DNA of 64,000 nt. It comes from a bacterium (GTDB lineage: Bacteria; UBA8248). Below the pieces are notes generated by a model. It did not search any database and was not told the origin of the DNA. It worked only from the letters and a program-made list of their open reading frames with translations. A program made the position numbers and the translations under genes. The stretch lies in the NCBI GenBank assembly GCA_965221165.1, contig CBDCRP010000003.1, positions 640,001 through 704,000 of the forward strand, read 5' to 3'. Shown piece after piece: positions 36,419-46,544 of this stretch (position 1 is the first letter of the stretch; the number at the start of each line of letters is the position of its first letter).

Positions 36419-36858
36419 AAAAACAATTGGAATTTTTAGACGAGAAATCCGAGGACAAAGTGAAAACGGCGGTATTGCTCGTTGGGCACGGCAGCCGCGC
36501 CCAAAATGCCAATGATGCGCTTTTCCTCGTCGTGGACCATTTTCAAAAAGCATGGTCGCATCGCATAGTAGAGGCCGCATTTTTGGAGATCAGTCACCCT
36601 TCCATTCCCGAAGGAATAGATCTTTGCGTAAATAAAGGGACTGAGAGAATTATCGTCATCCCCTACTTCCTTTTCAAAGGCAATCACGTAAAAATAGACT
36701 TACCCGTTTTCATTAAAGAAGGCCGCAGCAAATACCCGGATATCGATATCATTTTAGGCCCGCATCTCGGGTTTCATCCTAAAATGATCGAGATCGTCGA
36801 AGAACGAATCCAACAAGTGCTCGATACGCTAAAATTCAAGGAGAATGTACTCCAATGA
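36406..36858 (+). CDS. sirohydrochlorin chelatase (CbiX/SirB)
   Basis: GHGSR, AFLE...P, PYFL..G.HV..D.P. Confidence 0.92.
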   Translation: MPGLEKQLEFLDEKSEDKVKTAVLLVGHGSRAQNANDALFLVVDHFQKAWSHRIVEAAFLEISHPSIPEGIDLCVNKGTERIIVIPYFLFKGNHVKIDLPVFIKEGRSKYPDIDIILGPHLGFHPKMIEIVEERIQQVLDTLKFKENVLQ

Positions 36859-37829
36859 CCCACAAAAATGGTTCCGCCCGACCTATCGCCATTTATTATG
36901 AACATCCCGAGTGGTTCAAAAAGCTCTTTGACGAACTCGACAGGCGAGGCGTGGAATATGAAAAAATAGAAGCCCACAACCATCGCTTCGACCCGACGGA
37001 AACAGAATCGCCTTATTCGTTGATTGTAAACCGGATGAGCCCATCTGCATGGGCGCGCGGGCATACGCATGCGATACCCTACACACTCGAATATTGCGCG
37101 CATCTCCAAGCAATTGGTGCCAACGTGATCAACGGCTACGAGGCCTATCTCCATGAATTCTCAAAAGTGCGGCAAACCCGTCTACTCAAGAGCCTGGGCG
37201 TCAACCATCCAAAGTCACGGGTGATAAACCATCCCTCCCAGGCCCCTTCGGCGGCTGAGGGATTCGGTTTTCCCGTCATTACGAAGGCAAACATCGGCGG
37301 CAGCGGCGCCGGGATACAAAAATATGATACGCCTCAAGAACTCCAAAAGGCTGCGGATGAAGCGAGCATCGATTTTGGCATCGACAATGTGGCGCTCGTT
37401 CAGGAATACATTCCGCCGCGTGGAGAGCAAATCGTCCGCGTCGAAGTTTTGAACGGTAAATTTCTTTATGCGATCCAACTGGCTTTGCTGGACCCGAACT
37501 CTTTTAATCTCTGCCCGGGCAGTTATTGCCGCCGAAATGATGAAATTGCGTGTGGCGTGAACGGCAGAAACGCCTTGATTGAGAAGGTCGCACCGCCGCA
37601 AGAGGTAATAGACACAGTCGAGAGAATCATGCGGGAAGCTGGCATAGAGGTCGGTGGGGTCGAGTATTTGGTGGGTGATAAAGATGGGGAAATATATTAT
37701 TACGACATCAATGCACTTTCCAATTTTGTGGACGATGCGCAAAATATTGTTGGCTTCGACCCCTGGCCGCTGATGGCCGACTTCGTCCTCGAACGCGCGC
37801 AACACCCCGCTTCCGTACTGAGAGTTTAA
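36855..37829 (+). CDS. ATP-grasp ligase (RimK/GshB-like)
   Basis: K.NIGGSGAGI, VQEY.P, GG.EY, YDINALSNF. Confidence 0.85.
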   Translation: MTHKNGSARPIAIYYEHPEWFKKLFDELDRRGVEYEKIEAHNHRFDPTETESPYSLIVNRMSPSAWARGHTHAIPYTLEYCAHLQAIGANVINGYEAYLHEFSKVRQTRLLKSLGVNHPKSRVINHPSQAPSAAEGFGFPVITKANIGGSGAGIQKYDTPQELQKAADEASIDFGIDNVALVQEYIPPRGEQIVRVEVLNGKFLYAIQLALLDPNSFNLCPGSYCRRNDEIACGVNGRNALIEKVAPPQEVIDTVERIMREAGIEVGGVEYLVGDKDGEIYYYDINALSNFVDDAQNIVGFDPWPLMADFVLERAQHPASVLRV

Positions 37830-37880
37830 CGAACACCAAAAGCGCTTTGATGCGCACGCACACTTTTCTATAATGCGGGG

Positions 37881-38777
37881 GTGTTAGAGACAGCCGCCGT
37901 ATACGCCCTCATATCAGCAATTCTACTTGCGCTAAGGGATATCTTCGGACGCTTCGCGGTTCGTGGCATAGATCCCATCACGGGAACAGCCTTCACCGCT
38001 GTAATCGGTCTTCCCATTCTCTGGACCGTCTCCGTTTTGAGAGGAGATTTTTCAGACCCTTGGCCGGATTTCGGCTGGCCTCTTCTTTTCATCGCCATCG
38101 CGGGGATTTTCAGAGTCTGCGTTGCGCGTACGATGCTCTTCGCCGCCACGCAGCACATCGGGTCCGCACGTACGAGCACCATCGTCGCGACGAATCTGAT
38201 ATTCGCCGTATTCTTCGGCGTCGTCTTGCTGGGAGAAGCGCTTACATCAACCATCGGGCTGGGCGCCCTCCTGGTATTTGGCGGATACCTTTTCATTGCC
38301 GGGAGTCATGCCAATCATCAAGGGGGGGAATCTCCCAAAAACCTGTACATCGGAATGGGATTGGCTCTCGGTTGCGCACTGGCCTTTGGAGCGGCCGCGG
38401 TGCTTGTGCGGCCATCGGTGGGGTTCTTCACCTCCGCAAACGAGGCGAACTTTTATTCCAACATTTTTGCGGTAGCAGCTTTTTTGCCTTTCCTCTTCCG
38501 CAAAGGAAAAATAAGCGAAATCAAAAGCTGGACCCCAAGCAACTGGACATTTCTCGCATTGGCCGGTTTGTCCGCAAGCATCGGCGTCACGTTTTTATAT
38601 CTCGCGCTGGCACATGCGCCCGTTGTCTATGCCTTCCCCATCTCGCAATCAAGACCTTTGTTCGCTATCGCGATATCGTGGGTTTTTCTCCAGTCAGAAG
38701 AGAAAATGAACTGGCGCGTCGTGGCAGGTGCGCTTACCATCTTTCTGGGTACGATTATTCTGATTTTCAACAAGTAA
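37881..38777 (+). CDS. DMT/EamA family transporter
   Basis: About 10 TM segments in two EamA-like repeats. Confidence 0.85.
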   Translation: MLETAAVYALISAILLALRDIFGRFAVRGIDPITGTAFTAVIGLPILWTVSVLRGDFSDPWPDFGWPLLFIAIAGIFRVCVARTMLFAATQHIGSARTSTIVATNLIFAVFFGVVLLGEALTSTIGLGALLVFGGYLFIAGSHANHQGGESPKNLYIGMGLALGCALAFGAAAVLVRPSVGFFTSANEANFYSNIFAVAAFLPFLFRKGKISEIKSWTPSNWTFLALAGLSASIGVTFLYLALAHAPVVYAFPISQSRPLFAIAISWVFLQSEEKMNWRVVAGALTIFLGTIILIFNK

Positions 38778-38950
38778 AACATTGTGACATTTTGTGAGGG
38801 AGAATTGACAAGATAGTCGGCCCTTCATTCTGGAATCAATGATTGTGTGAGGGTCCTCGCGGGAAAAAAATGTGTTGCATGCAACTGGACGTTGGACTAC
38901 ATTTGCAATGAACACTAAATTGCACTAACCATTCAGGAGAACACCACGCC

Positions 38951-39289
38951 ATGATGAATATCGGGGAAGAAAAATCGGATTCTGTGATCGTCCTTACGAT
39001 TGAAGGGCGTGCCGACGGCCTCACCGCACCGGAACTGGAAAACCGAATTTCGGAAATCGTCGATCGTGGTGATACCAATGTCCTGCTTGATTGCGACAAG
39101 ATGACATACGTCAGCAGCGCCGGGCTGCGCATATTTCTCACCGGCGCCAGAAAATGCCAGCAAAACGGCGGCAAATTGATGATCTGCGCGCTACAGCCCG
39201 ATTGCAAGTCAGTGATAGAAACCAGCGGTTTCCATACCGTAATCGATTGCCACGACACCCGTGAGGCAGCACTCGCGGCGGTTTCATAA
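38951..39289 (+). CDS. STAS domain anti-sigma factor antagonist
   Basis: GR.D, YVSSAGLR. Confidence 0.92.
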   Translation: MMNIGEEKSDSVIVLTIEGRADGLTAPELENRISEIVDRGDTNVLLDCDKMTYVSSAGLRIFLTGARKCQQNGGKLMICALQPDCKSVIETSGFHTVIDCHDTREAALAAVS

Positions 39290-39300
39290 AGGAGCACTCC

Positions 39301-39954
39301 ATGCTGACATTTGTCGATGAAATCCTGTTGCTGATGCTGGATGACGAGAAAGGTTCGTTCCTCCCCATTCGCGAAAGCACGATGGGATATGTGCTCGCGG
39401 GCGCGGTGCTAATGGATCTGGCATTTGCAAACCGCATCGACACCGACCCCAACCAGTTGATGGTTCTGGACAAAACCCCCATCGGTCACCGGGTGCATGA
39501 CCGGATTCTCGACAGCATCGCGGCTTCCACCGAAGCCAGGGATACAAAGGCCTGGATTGAAACAATTTCCCGGGAGGCGGCCGAAATACGCAGTCAATCA
39601 CTCTCCAGCCTTGTTGATAGCGGTATTCTGGAATCCCAGGAGGAAAAATTCCTGTGGGTCTTCCGGGCGCGGAGATATCCGACGATCGATGGCCGCGCCG
39701 AGCGTGAAGTGAAGCTGCGCATCACCGGCGTATTACTATCGGATGAAACTCCGGATCCAAAAGATGTCGCTATCATCTGCCTCGCTGATGGATGCAACAT
39801 TCTGCGTGACGTGTTTTCCGACAAGGAGATCAACCGGATCCGCCCCCGTATTGATCAGGTTCGCAAGCTGGACCTCATCGGCCGTGAAGTCAGTGGCGCG
39901 ATCATGGAAATAGAACAAGCGATCATGGCGGCGATGACGCATGCCCACCACTAA
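39301..39954 (+). CDS. GPP34/GOLPH3 family protein
   Basis: EILLL.LDD..G, GAVL.DL....RI, LV..GIL......LWVF...RYP. Confidence 0.88.
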   Translation: MLTFVDEILLLMLDDEKGSFLPIRESTMGYVLAGAVLMDLAFANRIDTDPNQLMVLDKTPIGHRVHDRILDSIAASTEARDTKAWIETISREAAEIRSQSLSSLVDSGILESQEEKFLWVFRARRYPTIDGRAEREVKLRITGVLLSDETPDPKDVAIICLADGCNILRDVFSDKEINRIRPRIDQVRKLDLIGREVSGAIMEIEQAIMAAMTHAHH

Positions 39955-40086
39955 TAATCGGGGATTTTGAACTTTCACTGAAACGACGGGCGACACCATC
40001 TTCGATTCAAGGGCAGCCGAGGAGGAGTCTATCCTCTCTGGCTGAAACCAGAAGAGTCGGGCACAAACGTATCACATACGCCTTGC

Positions 40087-40545
40087 CTATATATTTCCGA
40101 TATTTCGCTTGCGCACCAAATGTACGCCTCGCATCGAGAGCACCAGTTCGTTTTCCTGGTTGAATGTCCTGAAATCCATGAGGACAATCCCACGCCCAGG
40201 CTCCGAGCGGGAGGCTCTCGTCTCGAGGACTTCCGCCTCGACACGCAAGGTGTCTCCAGGGCGAACGGGCTTTATCCAGCGGATGGAATCCATGCCGGGC
40301 GAACCCATTCCCGTGGTTCCGATAACGCCCGTATCGATAAACAGACGAAACGACGTGCCTATCGTATGAAACCCACTCGCAATAATTCCGCCGTATGGAG
40401 ACTCGGCCGCCGCTTCCTCATCGATATGGAATGGCTGCGGGTCATATAACTTGGCAAACTCTATGATTTCTTCTGTCGAGAGTGATTTTTCTTTCGTATG
40501 AAACTTCTCGCCGACCCTGAAATCCTCAAAATATTTTTCTCTCAT
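40087..40545 (-). CDS. MaoC family dehydratase
   Basis: YFEDF.VG, DPQPFH.D, IASG.HT, PVRPGD. Confidence 0.92.
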   Translation of the reverse strand: MREKYFEDFRVGEKFHTKEKSLSTEEIIEFAKLYDPQPFHIDEEAAAESPYGGIIASGFHTIGTSFRLFIDTGVIGTTGMGSPGMDSIRWIKPVRPGDTLRVEAEVLETRASRSEPGRGIVLMDFRTFNQENELVLSMRGVHLVRKRNIGNI

Positions 40546-40569
40546 CGGAATTAACCATGCAATCTCATG

Positions 40570-40968
40570 TTACGCCGAGGTTCCGGGATATTTCTTCTCT
40601 GCTTCCTCGGCCCCTTGCGCCATGTTGTAATCCTCATCGAGTTCCCCCGTTCCGGCAGGGAACTTGACGGTGAAAAAAGTGGCTTCACCATCTACGGCCC
40701 GGCTTCTGTGGTTCGTATACCTGGGAATATGAATCAAATCCCCACGCTCTACGATCTTATCTTCCTCGCCGAGTATATAGTGCAGCTTGCCATCCAGAAT
40801 AAGTGTGAACTGCTCTTCATTCGGGTGCATGTGCAGCGGAGGGCCCTCACCCTCCGGCTTCGTGACGATACCCACTTTCATGAATTCGCCCACAACGCTT
40901 TTGGCCCGGACTTTGGGATTCGTTTTGCTGTTGCTTTCCTTCATTCCCTCGATTTCATAAAAAGGCAT
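40570..40968 (-). CDS. cupin domain protein
   Basis: H.HPNEEQ...G...IP....H. Confidence 0.88.
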   Translation of the reverse strand: MPFYEIEGMKESNSKTNPKVRAKSVVGEFMKVGIVTKPEGEGPPLHMHPNEEQFTLILDGKLHYILGEEDKIVERGDLIHIPRYTNHRSRAVDGEATFFTVKFPAGTGELDEDYNMAQGAEEAEKKYPGTSA

Positions 40969-40996
40969 TCATTTTCCTCTCTATCATTTGAGCTAT

Positions 40997-42118
40997 CTAT
41001 AATTCCTCATACTCGTTGATGGCCATGGGAAGTTGAACAGGCGCTTTTCGGTTTGCGGAAACATCCATCGCCATGGTGAGCAGCAGATTTCTGTGTCCGT
41101 CTTGCACGGTGGCATGTGGTGTTTCCAAACCTGTATACACACGCCCGAACCAAGCGTTGGTTTCTTCGCGCATCGGACCCCAGAGCTGATCGAATGCGAT
41201 GTCTCCAGGTGGATAACTCGTCAGAAAATCTACGTTTCGCTTCACATCGGGCGTATAACCCGCCGGTTGCGCATTTTCACTGGCGAGCACCAAATCCCTA
41301 TGCGTATCGTCGATGGTGAGAACACCCTCGGTGCCTACGATGCCGATTTCCAGGCTATAGACGGAGCCGGGCCAAACCGTCGGCAGCGCCCATGAGATAT
41401 TCATGCTCCATATCGTCCCATCATCAAAGGTAAAGATGCCCAAAGTCGCGTCCTTGGTGCCATAAGAAGCGCCGAGCACCTTATCCATCGAACGCGCATA
41501 GACTTCGACAGGCGTTTTCCCGTCCATCAGCCACATACAGATATCGAGACTGTGCGTCCCCGAGACGACCATAGGCGTGAGGATGCCCCGGTATTCCGTT
41601 TTCGTTACCGTGGCGATGGGCACCAGGCGGTTCATGAACGCTCTCGTGACCACCGTGGTGACGTCTCCCAATTGACCGGTGCGAATCTTTTCCTTGGCGA
41701 CCAAAAACCGCCTTCTGAAACGCTGGGTATAGCCGACAACCGCATCCAGGCCTGCGTCTTCGACGGCTTTGAGAACCCGGGCGGAATCAGCCGCATTCGT
41801 GGCCAGGGGTTTCTCGATGAACAAGGCATGGCCTCCATCCACCGAAGCCAATATAGGACCTACGTGCTCGTTTTCCTCCGTGGCGATGATGGAAGCCGTC
41901 ACCTCCGGTCGGTCCAAAAGCTCCTTATAGTCCGTAGTGAAAAAATCGGCATTCGTTTCCTCGGCGAGTTTTCTCCCCACTTTCTCGTTGATGTCACAAA
42001 GGCCCAGCCACTCGACGCCCGGATAATCGCGGGCGAATTCAGCACGGACTCTACCGATCGTCCCGCAGCCGACTATGGCCAAACCGATGGGTTCTCTCTT
42101 TCCATTTTCACTACTCAT
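40997..42118 (-). CDS. Gfo/Idh/MocA family oxidoreductase
   Basis: G.G.IG, IEKP, GYTQRF, H..D. Confidence 0.9.
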   Translation of the reverse strand: MSSENGKREPIGLAIVGCGTIGRVRAEFARDYPGVEWLGLCDINEKVGRKLAEETNADFFTTDYKELLDRPEVTASIIATEENEHVGPILASVDGGHALFIEKPLATNAADSARVLKAVEDAGLDAVVGYTQRFRRRFLVAKEKIRTGQLGDVTTVVTRAFMNRLVPIATVTKTEYRGILTPMVVSGTHSLDICMWLMDGKTPVEVYARSMDKVLGASYGTKDATLGIFTFDDGTIWSMNISWALPTVWPGSVYSLEIGIVGTEGVLTIDDTHRDLVLASENAQPAGYTPDVKRNVDFLTSYPPGDIAFDQLWGPMREETNAWFGRVYTGLETPHATVQDGHRNLLLTMAMDVSANRKAPVQLPMAINEYEEL

Positions 42119-42229
42119 TCCCTACTCCCTGGTATGTGCGAGTAAACTTCCATGAAACACGCCCTGAGACGACCTCTCCACTCAACGAGAAATCATGCGA
42201 GAGCGCGCAAAATTCCAACGCCTTAGAAA

Positions 42230-42592
42230 TTAGTCTTTGAGTTCGACGCGAATCGCTACAAGAGGTTTATCTCCATGATTTTCTACGGCGTGCAAACCCT
42301 CTCTACCCAGCCAGAAAGGGATGCCTTCTTTGCGATCTTCGCTGATGGCGCAAGCCTCTCCCTTATCATTGTAATAGCTGATTTTCGGAAAATTCACGAT
42401 CGTAAAGACACTCTCCCATTTATGCGTATGCTCGTTTTCCAGCTCTCCGGGTTGAATCGTCACACGCAAGACGCGGACCCGCTCGTTCTCGAAAATAATT
42501 TCGTGATTATCGGGAGCCGCGAATACGGCATCCAGTTCCTCGGGCGTTCCGGGAATATACTCTGGCCGCTTCGGCGCAACATTTTGGCTCAA
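42230..42592 (-). CDS. cupin domain protein
   Basis: GGAGGG RBS + TTG; ENERVRVL, H.H, H.VEN, VELK. Confidence 0.85.
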   Translation of the reverse strand: MSQNVAPKRPEYIPGTPEELDAVFAAPDNHEIIFENERVRVLRVTIQPGELENEHTHKWESVFTIVNFPKISYYNDKGEACAISEDRKEGIPFWLGREGLHAVENHGDKPLVAIRVELKD

Positions 42593-42625
42593 TTTTATCC
42601 CTCCATGAAAATACAGGCACACCGG

Positions 42626-43564
42626 CTATGTGAATAATGATTTCGGCAGCATGGCATGAACTCCTTTCACTCCATTCACGATTTGCGTGACCCGCAAGTC
42701 TACGGCGAGGCTGCAAAGCGTATAGGCATCATCCTTGCTCATGCCTCGCAACTCTCCGAGGAATTTTATCGTCTCCCGGAGCGCCATTTTGGCCGCGTTA
42801 TCGAGTATGGGATCAAACCCCATCAGGATATAATGCGTATCGGTTTCCGCACGGGGATTTCCCAAGTGCAAATCCTTTCGGACGATAATTTCCATCGTAC
42901 CCGAAAGACCCGTTTCAATGGCCGTCAAGCAAGCCTCCCCGTCTCCCTGGCAACCATGCCCATCGCCCACGGAAAACAGCGCGCCCTCGTTGAAAATCGG
43001 GAAATAGGCGATAGAACCCGAGATGAGCTCTTTATTGTCTAAATTTCCGCCCCAGGCGCTTGGGGGATAACTGCCCACACGACCCACGGAGGGCGGGGGC
43101 GCTACGCCAAAATTACCGAAATACGGCCGCAGAGGCACCTTGACGCCCGCACCCCAGTCTCCCGTTTGCGCATCTAAATCGAGGTCCACTATGACGGCGC
43201 GCGTATACGGAAAATCTTCCGGCAATCCCCCCATCATCGGCCTGATGGCGTTATATCCCCAGTCATAGCGCGTCTTGACTTCATGGATACGAACTTCCAG
43301 CACATCCCCAGGCTGAGCGCCTTCTACGGCGACGGGACCCGTCATGATATGGGGGCCAAGCTCTTGGGGGACTTGCGAAACAATATCCCGCAAATTCTGC
43401 GATGCCCGTTCGCCGAGTTCGGCCAGATATTCTTCTCTGCCCGATTCCGTATGAACCTCCAGCGTATCGCCCGAGCGAATCCACATCACAGGTTCGAGGG
43501 AGGCGTCATAATGACCCCAATGAACGGTATCCGGGTTCGCAATCAATTCATGAGTCGCCATCAA
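42626..43564 (-). CDS. acetamidase/formamidase family protein (copy 3)
   Basis: H..TGP....A.PGD, GGN.DN, GDGH..QGDGE....A.E. Confidence 0.92.
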   Translation of the reverse strand: MMATHELIANPDTVHWGHYDASLEPVMWIRSGDTLEVHTESGREEYLAELGERASQNLRDIVSQVPQELGPHIMTGPVAVEGAQPGDVLEVRIHEVKTRYDWGYNAIRPMMGGLPEDFPYTRAVIVDLDLDAQTGDWGAGVKVPLRPYFGNFGVAPPPSVGRVGSYPPSAWGGNLDNKELISGSIAYFPIFNEGALFSVGDGHGCQGDGEACLTAIETGLSGTMEIIVRKDLHLGNPRAETDTHYILMGFDPILDNAAKMALRETIKFLGELRGMSKDDAYTLCSLAVDLRVTQIVNGVKGVHAMLPKSLFT

Positions 43565-44508
43565 AATGCTCCTTCATCAAGGATATCCTTCGGCAGCATC
43601 GCGTGAACGCCTTTGACACCATTCACAATCTGCGTGATGCGCAGATCCACGGCCAAGCTGCACAACGTATAGGCATCATCTTTGCTCATGCCACACAATT
43701 TCCCCAAAAACTTGATTGTCTCCCTGAGAGCCATTTTGGCTGCGTTATCAAGAATAGGGTCGAATCCCATGAGGATATGATGCGTGGCCGTCTCTGCGCG
43801 GGGCATCTCCAAGTTCAAATCTTTTCGGACAATGAGTTCGACTCTTGCGGACATACCGCATTCCAAGGCCGACAGACAGCTCTCTCCATCCCCTTGGCAG
43901 CCGTGTCCATCGCCTATGGCGAACAAAGCGCCATCCTGGAATACGGGAAGATAGGCGCGAGAACCCGCGATGAGTTCCTTGTTGTCCATATTTCCTCCCC
44001 AGATTCCCGGAGGAGTGGATGGAACACGACCAAAATCATCAGGTGGAGCCACACCAAAATTACCGAAATAGGGCCTTAGCTGCACCTTCACGCCTGCTCC
44101 CCAGTCACCCGTATTCGCCTCTTTGTCAATTTCCACAATCACCGTTCTTGAATATGGGAAATCCTCGGGCAAACCACCCGCCAGGGGCCGAATCACGTTA
44201 AAGCCCCAGTCATAGCGCGGCCAAACATCCAGAAACCTCACTTCCAGGACATCGCCCGCCACGGCTTCTTCCACAGCAATGGGTCCCGTGAGGATGTGGC
44301 CGCCTAAGTCTCTTTTTCCACTCTCAGCGATATGACGCAGGTTTTCAGACGCTCTTTCTCGAATTGGAGATTCAAGGGTCCGGATCCCCGGTTCCGTATG
44401 AACTTCGAGCACATCGCCCGAAGCCACGGTGAGAACCGGAGAAAGATCGGAATCATAATAACCCCACTGAATGTTGTCGGGGTTTTGCGTAATCACGTGC
44501 TCGGGCAA
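43561..44508 (-). CDS. acetamidase/formamidase family protein (copy 2)
   Basis: Same motifs; TTG start. Confidence 0.92.
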   Translation of the reverse strand: MPEHVITQNPDNIQWGYYDSDLSPVLTVASGDVLEVHTEPGIRTLESPIRERASENLRHIAESGKRDLGGHILTGPIAVEEAVAGDVLEVRFLDVWPRYDWGFNVIRPLAGGLPEDFPYSRTVIVEIDKEANTGDWGAGVKVQLRPYFGNFGVAPPDDFGRVPSTPPGIWGGNMDNKELIAGSRAYLPVFQDGALFAIGDGHGCQGDGESCLSALECGMSARVELIVRKDLNLEMPRAETATHHILMGFDPILDNAAKMALRETIKFLGKLCGMSKDDAYTLCSLAVDLRITQIVNGVKGVHAMLPKDILDEGAF

Positions 44509-44533
44509 CGATGGCCCCTTCTAAAAATGAAAC

Positions 44534-45469
44534 TCATTCAAATAAAGATTTGGGCAGCATGGCGTGAACGCCCTTGGTGCCGTTCACAATTTGAGTGACG
44601 CGCAGATCGACCGCCAAGCTGCACAATCTGTAGGCATCATCGGGGCTCATGCCGCGAAGCTCACCCAGGAATTGAATCGTCTCCCGTAAAGCCATCTTCG
44701 CCGCATTATCCAGAATCGGGTCAAAACCCATCAAAATGTAGTGAGATTCCGTTTCCGCGCGCGGGATTCTGATGTTCATGTCCTTGCGAACGTTCATCTC
44801 GAAAGTACCGATGAGGCCCATCTCTATCCCGTTGATATTCGCCTCACCGTCCCCCTGGCAGCCATGCCCGTCTCCCGCCGAGAATAATGCGCCTTCGTTG
44901 AAAATCGGCAAATAAATCGTCGAACCGGCCGTAAATTCCTTACAATCCGTGTTTCCTCCCCACTCCCCGGGCGGAAACGTGGGCACACGCCCAAGCGCTG
45001 ATGACGGCGCTACTCCGAAATTCCCGAAAAAAGGCCCGAGCGGCACCTTGACCCCTGCTCCCCAGTCCCCCGTGCCGCTTTCCTCGTCAACCTCGACAAC
45101 CACCATTCTCGTATAAGGGAAATCCTCCGGCAGACCGCCCACCAAGGGTCTGAATCCGTTATAGCCCCAATCATAGCGGGGTTTGACCTCATGAATCTTG
45201 ATTTCCAGCACGTCGCCGGGTTCGGCGCCCTCGATGGCCACGGGACCCGTCATAATATGCGCCCCAGGGCTCGGGGACATGGTCTCCAGAATTTTTCTGA
45301 GATTTCCAGAAAGTCTCTCTGGATGCTTTTCCAAAAAATCTTTCCGCCCTGATTCGGTTTTCACGACGAGCGTATCGCCGGAAGCTATCGTCAGGACGGG
45401 AGCAAGGGCGGCATCATAAAAACCCCAATGGCAGGTATCGACAGTGGTATCCAGTTCGTGCGTGGCCAC
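44534..45469 (-). CDS. acetamidase/formamidase family protein (copy 1)
   Basis: Same motifs; AAGGAGG RBS + GTG. Confidence 0.92.
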   Translation of the reverse strand: MATHELDTTVDTCHWGFYDAALAPVLTIASGDTLVVKTESGRKDFLEKHPERLSGNLRKILETMSPSPGAHIMTGPVAIEGAEPGDVLEIKIHEVKPRYDWGYNGFRPLVGGLPEDFPYTRMVVVEVDEESGTGDWGAGVKVPLGPFFGNFGVAPSSALGRVPTFPPGEWGGNTDCKEFTAGSTIYLPIFNEGALFSAGDGHGCQGDGEANINGIEMGLIGTFEMNVRKDMNIRIPRAETESHYILMGFDPILDNAAKMALRETIQFLGELRGMSPDDAYRLCSLAVDLRVTQIVNGTKGVHAMLPKSLFE

Positions 45470-45635
45470 AAGCGCTCCTCCTTCTTGGAATTACAGCGCA
45501 AAGAATATTCCACAAGGATGTCATCGAACATCTATCGAATCCCTGGGCAATACAAATCTAGGGATGTAATCAGAATTCACCATCGACTCTATCATCCAGA
45601 GATTTGAAGATCAAAAATCCATCGTCTGAACCTCT

Positions 45636-46409
45636 TCAGGCAAGAACCGCATTTACGAGCGCAGGTAGAACATCACCCGTTTTTCCCTGAATCCGTATGT
45701 CCGCTTTGGCGTCAAAACGAGTGGGGCCTTCGTTCACGATGATGAGGCGCGCTCCTACCCTTCGAGCGCGCTCGGGCAAGCCGCCCGCCGGCCTCACCGC
45801 CAATGAGGAACCGGCAACCAGGAAAACCTCGGCCTCCCGAGATGCTTCAACGGCCCGGGACAATTTTTCTGGAGGTAAACCTTCTCCAAAGAAAACAGCA
45901 TTTGGTTTCAGCAAGCATCCGCAGTCCTTGCATTTTGGTATGCTCTCACCGCCCTGAACCCGCGCGTGCACCTCGAAACGAGGCAATTTAGACCCACACC
46001 CCACACAAACACACAGATGACTCGTCCCGTGCAACTCCACGATCTTCTCCGGGTCATGGCCCGCTTTTTGATGAAGGCCATCCGTATTTTGCGTCACGAG
46101 TAATTTCAAGCGATCGTACTCGGACAATCTCGCCAAGGCGATATGGCCACCAGAGGGGAGTGCGTTTCGGACCAGATCGTACCCGTCTTGAGCGACCTCC
46201 CAATAGCGTTTTTGTATGTCGGTCGAAGCCAGCCATCGACGAATATCGAAATCCTTGGGGTCGAATCGATCCCAAATCCCTCCTTTGGACCTGAAATCGG
46301 GAATGCCGCTCTCGGTGCTTATGCCGGCCCCGGTAAGACACACCGTCGAGTTAGATTCCAAAACCCATGCCGCTGCTTTCTCGATGAGTTTTTTTTGGGA
46401 ATCGTTCAA
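45636..46409 (-). CDS. cobB: Sir2 family NAD-dependent protein deacylase
   Basis: TGAGIS.ESGIPDFR, TQN.DGLH, ELHG, CxxC...CxxC, GSSL.V.PA; probable TTG start at 46409. Confidence 0.92.
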   Translation of the reverse strand: MNDSQKKLIEKAAAWVLESNSTVCLTGAGISTESGIPDFRSKGGIWDRFDPKDFDIRRWLASTDIQKRYWEVAQDGYDLVRNALPSGGHIALARLSEYDRLKLLVTQNTDGLHQKAGHDPEKIVELHGTSHLCVCVGCGSKLPRFEVHARVQGGESIPKCKDCGCLLKPNAVFFGEGLPPEKLSRAVEASREAEVFLVAGSSLAVRPAGGLPERARRVGARLIIVNEGPTRFDAKADIRIQGKTGDVLPALVNAVLA

Positions 46410-46544
46410 TGCTTCTTCCCCGGGTTGAAATAAATAATGGCAATAACAACAATGAGATGTGAAATTCAGCCGCCAATTGATGTATGGTACGCAAGAATAG
46501 AGCGCATGCAAATCAAAAGTGATGAATCGTGGGGATACTGAAAA

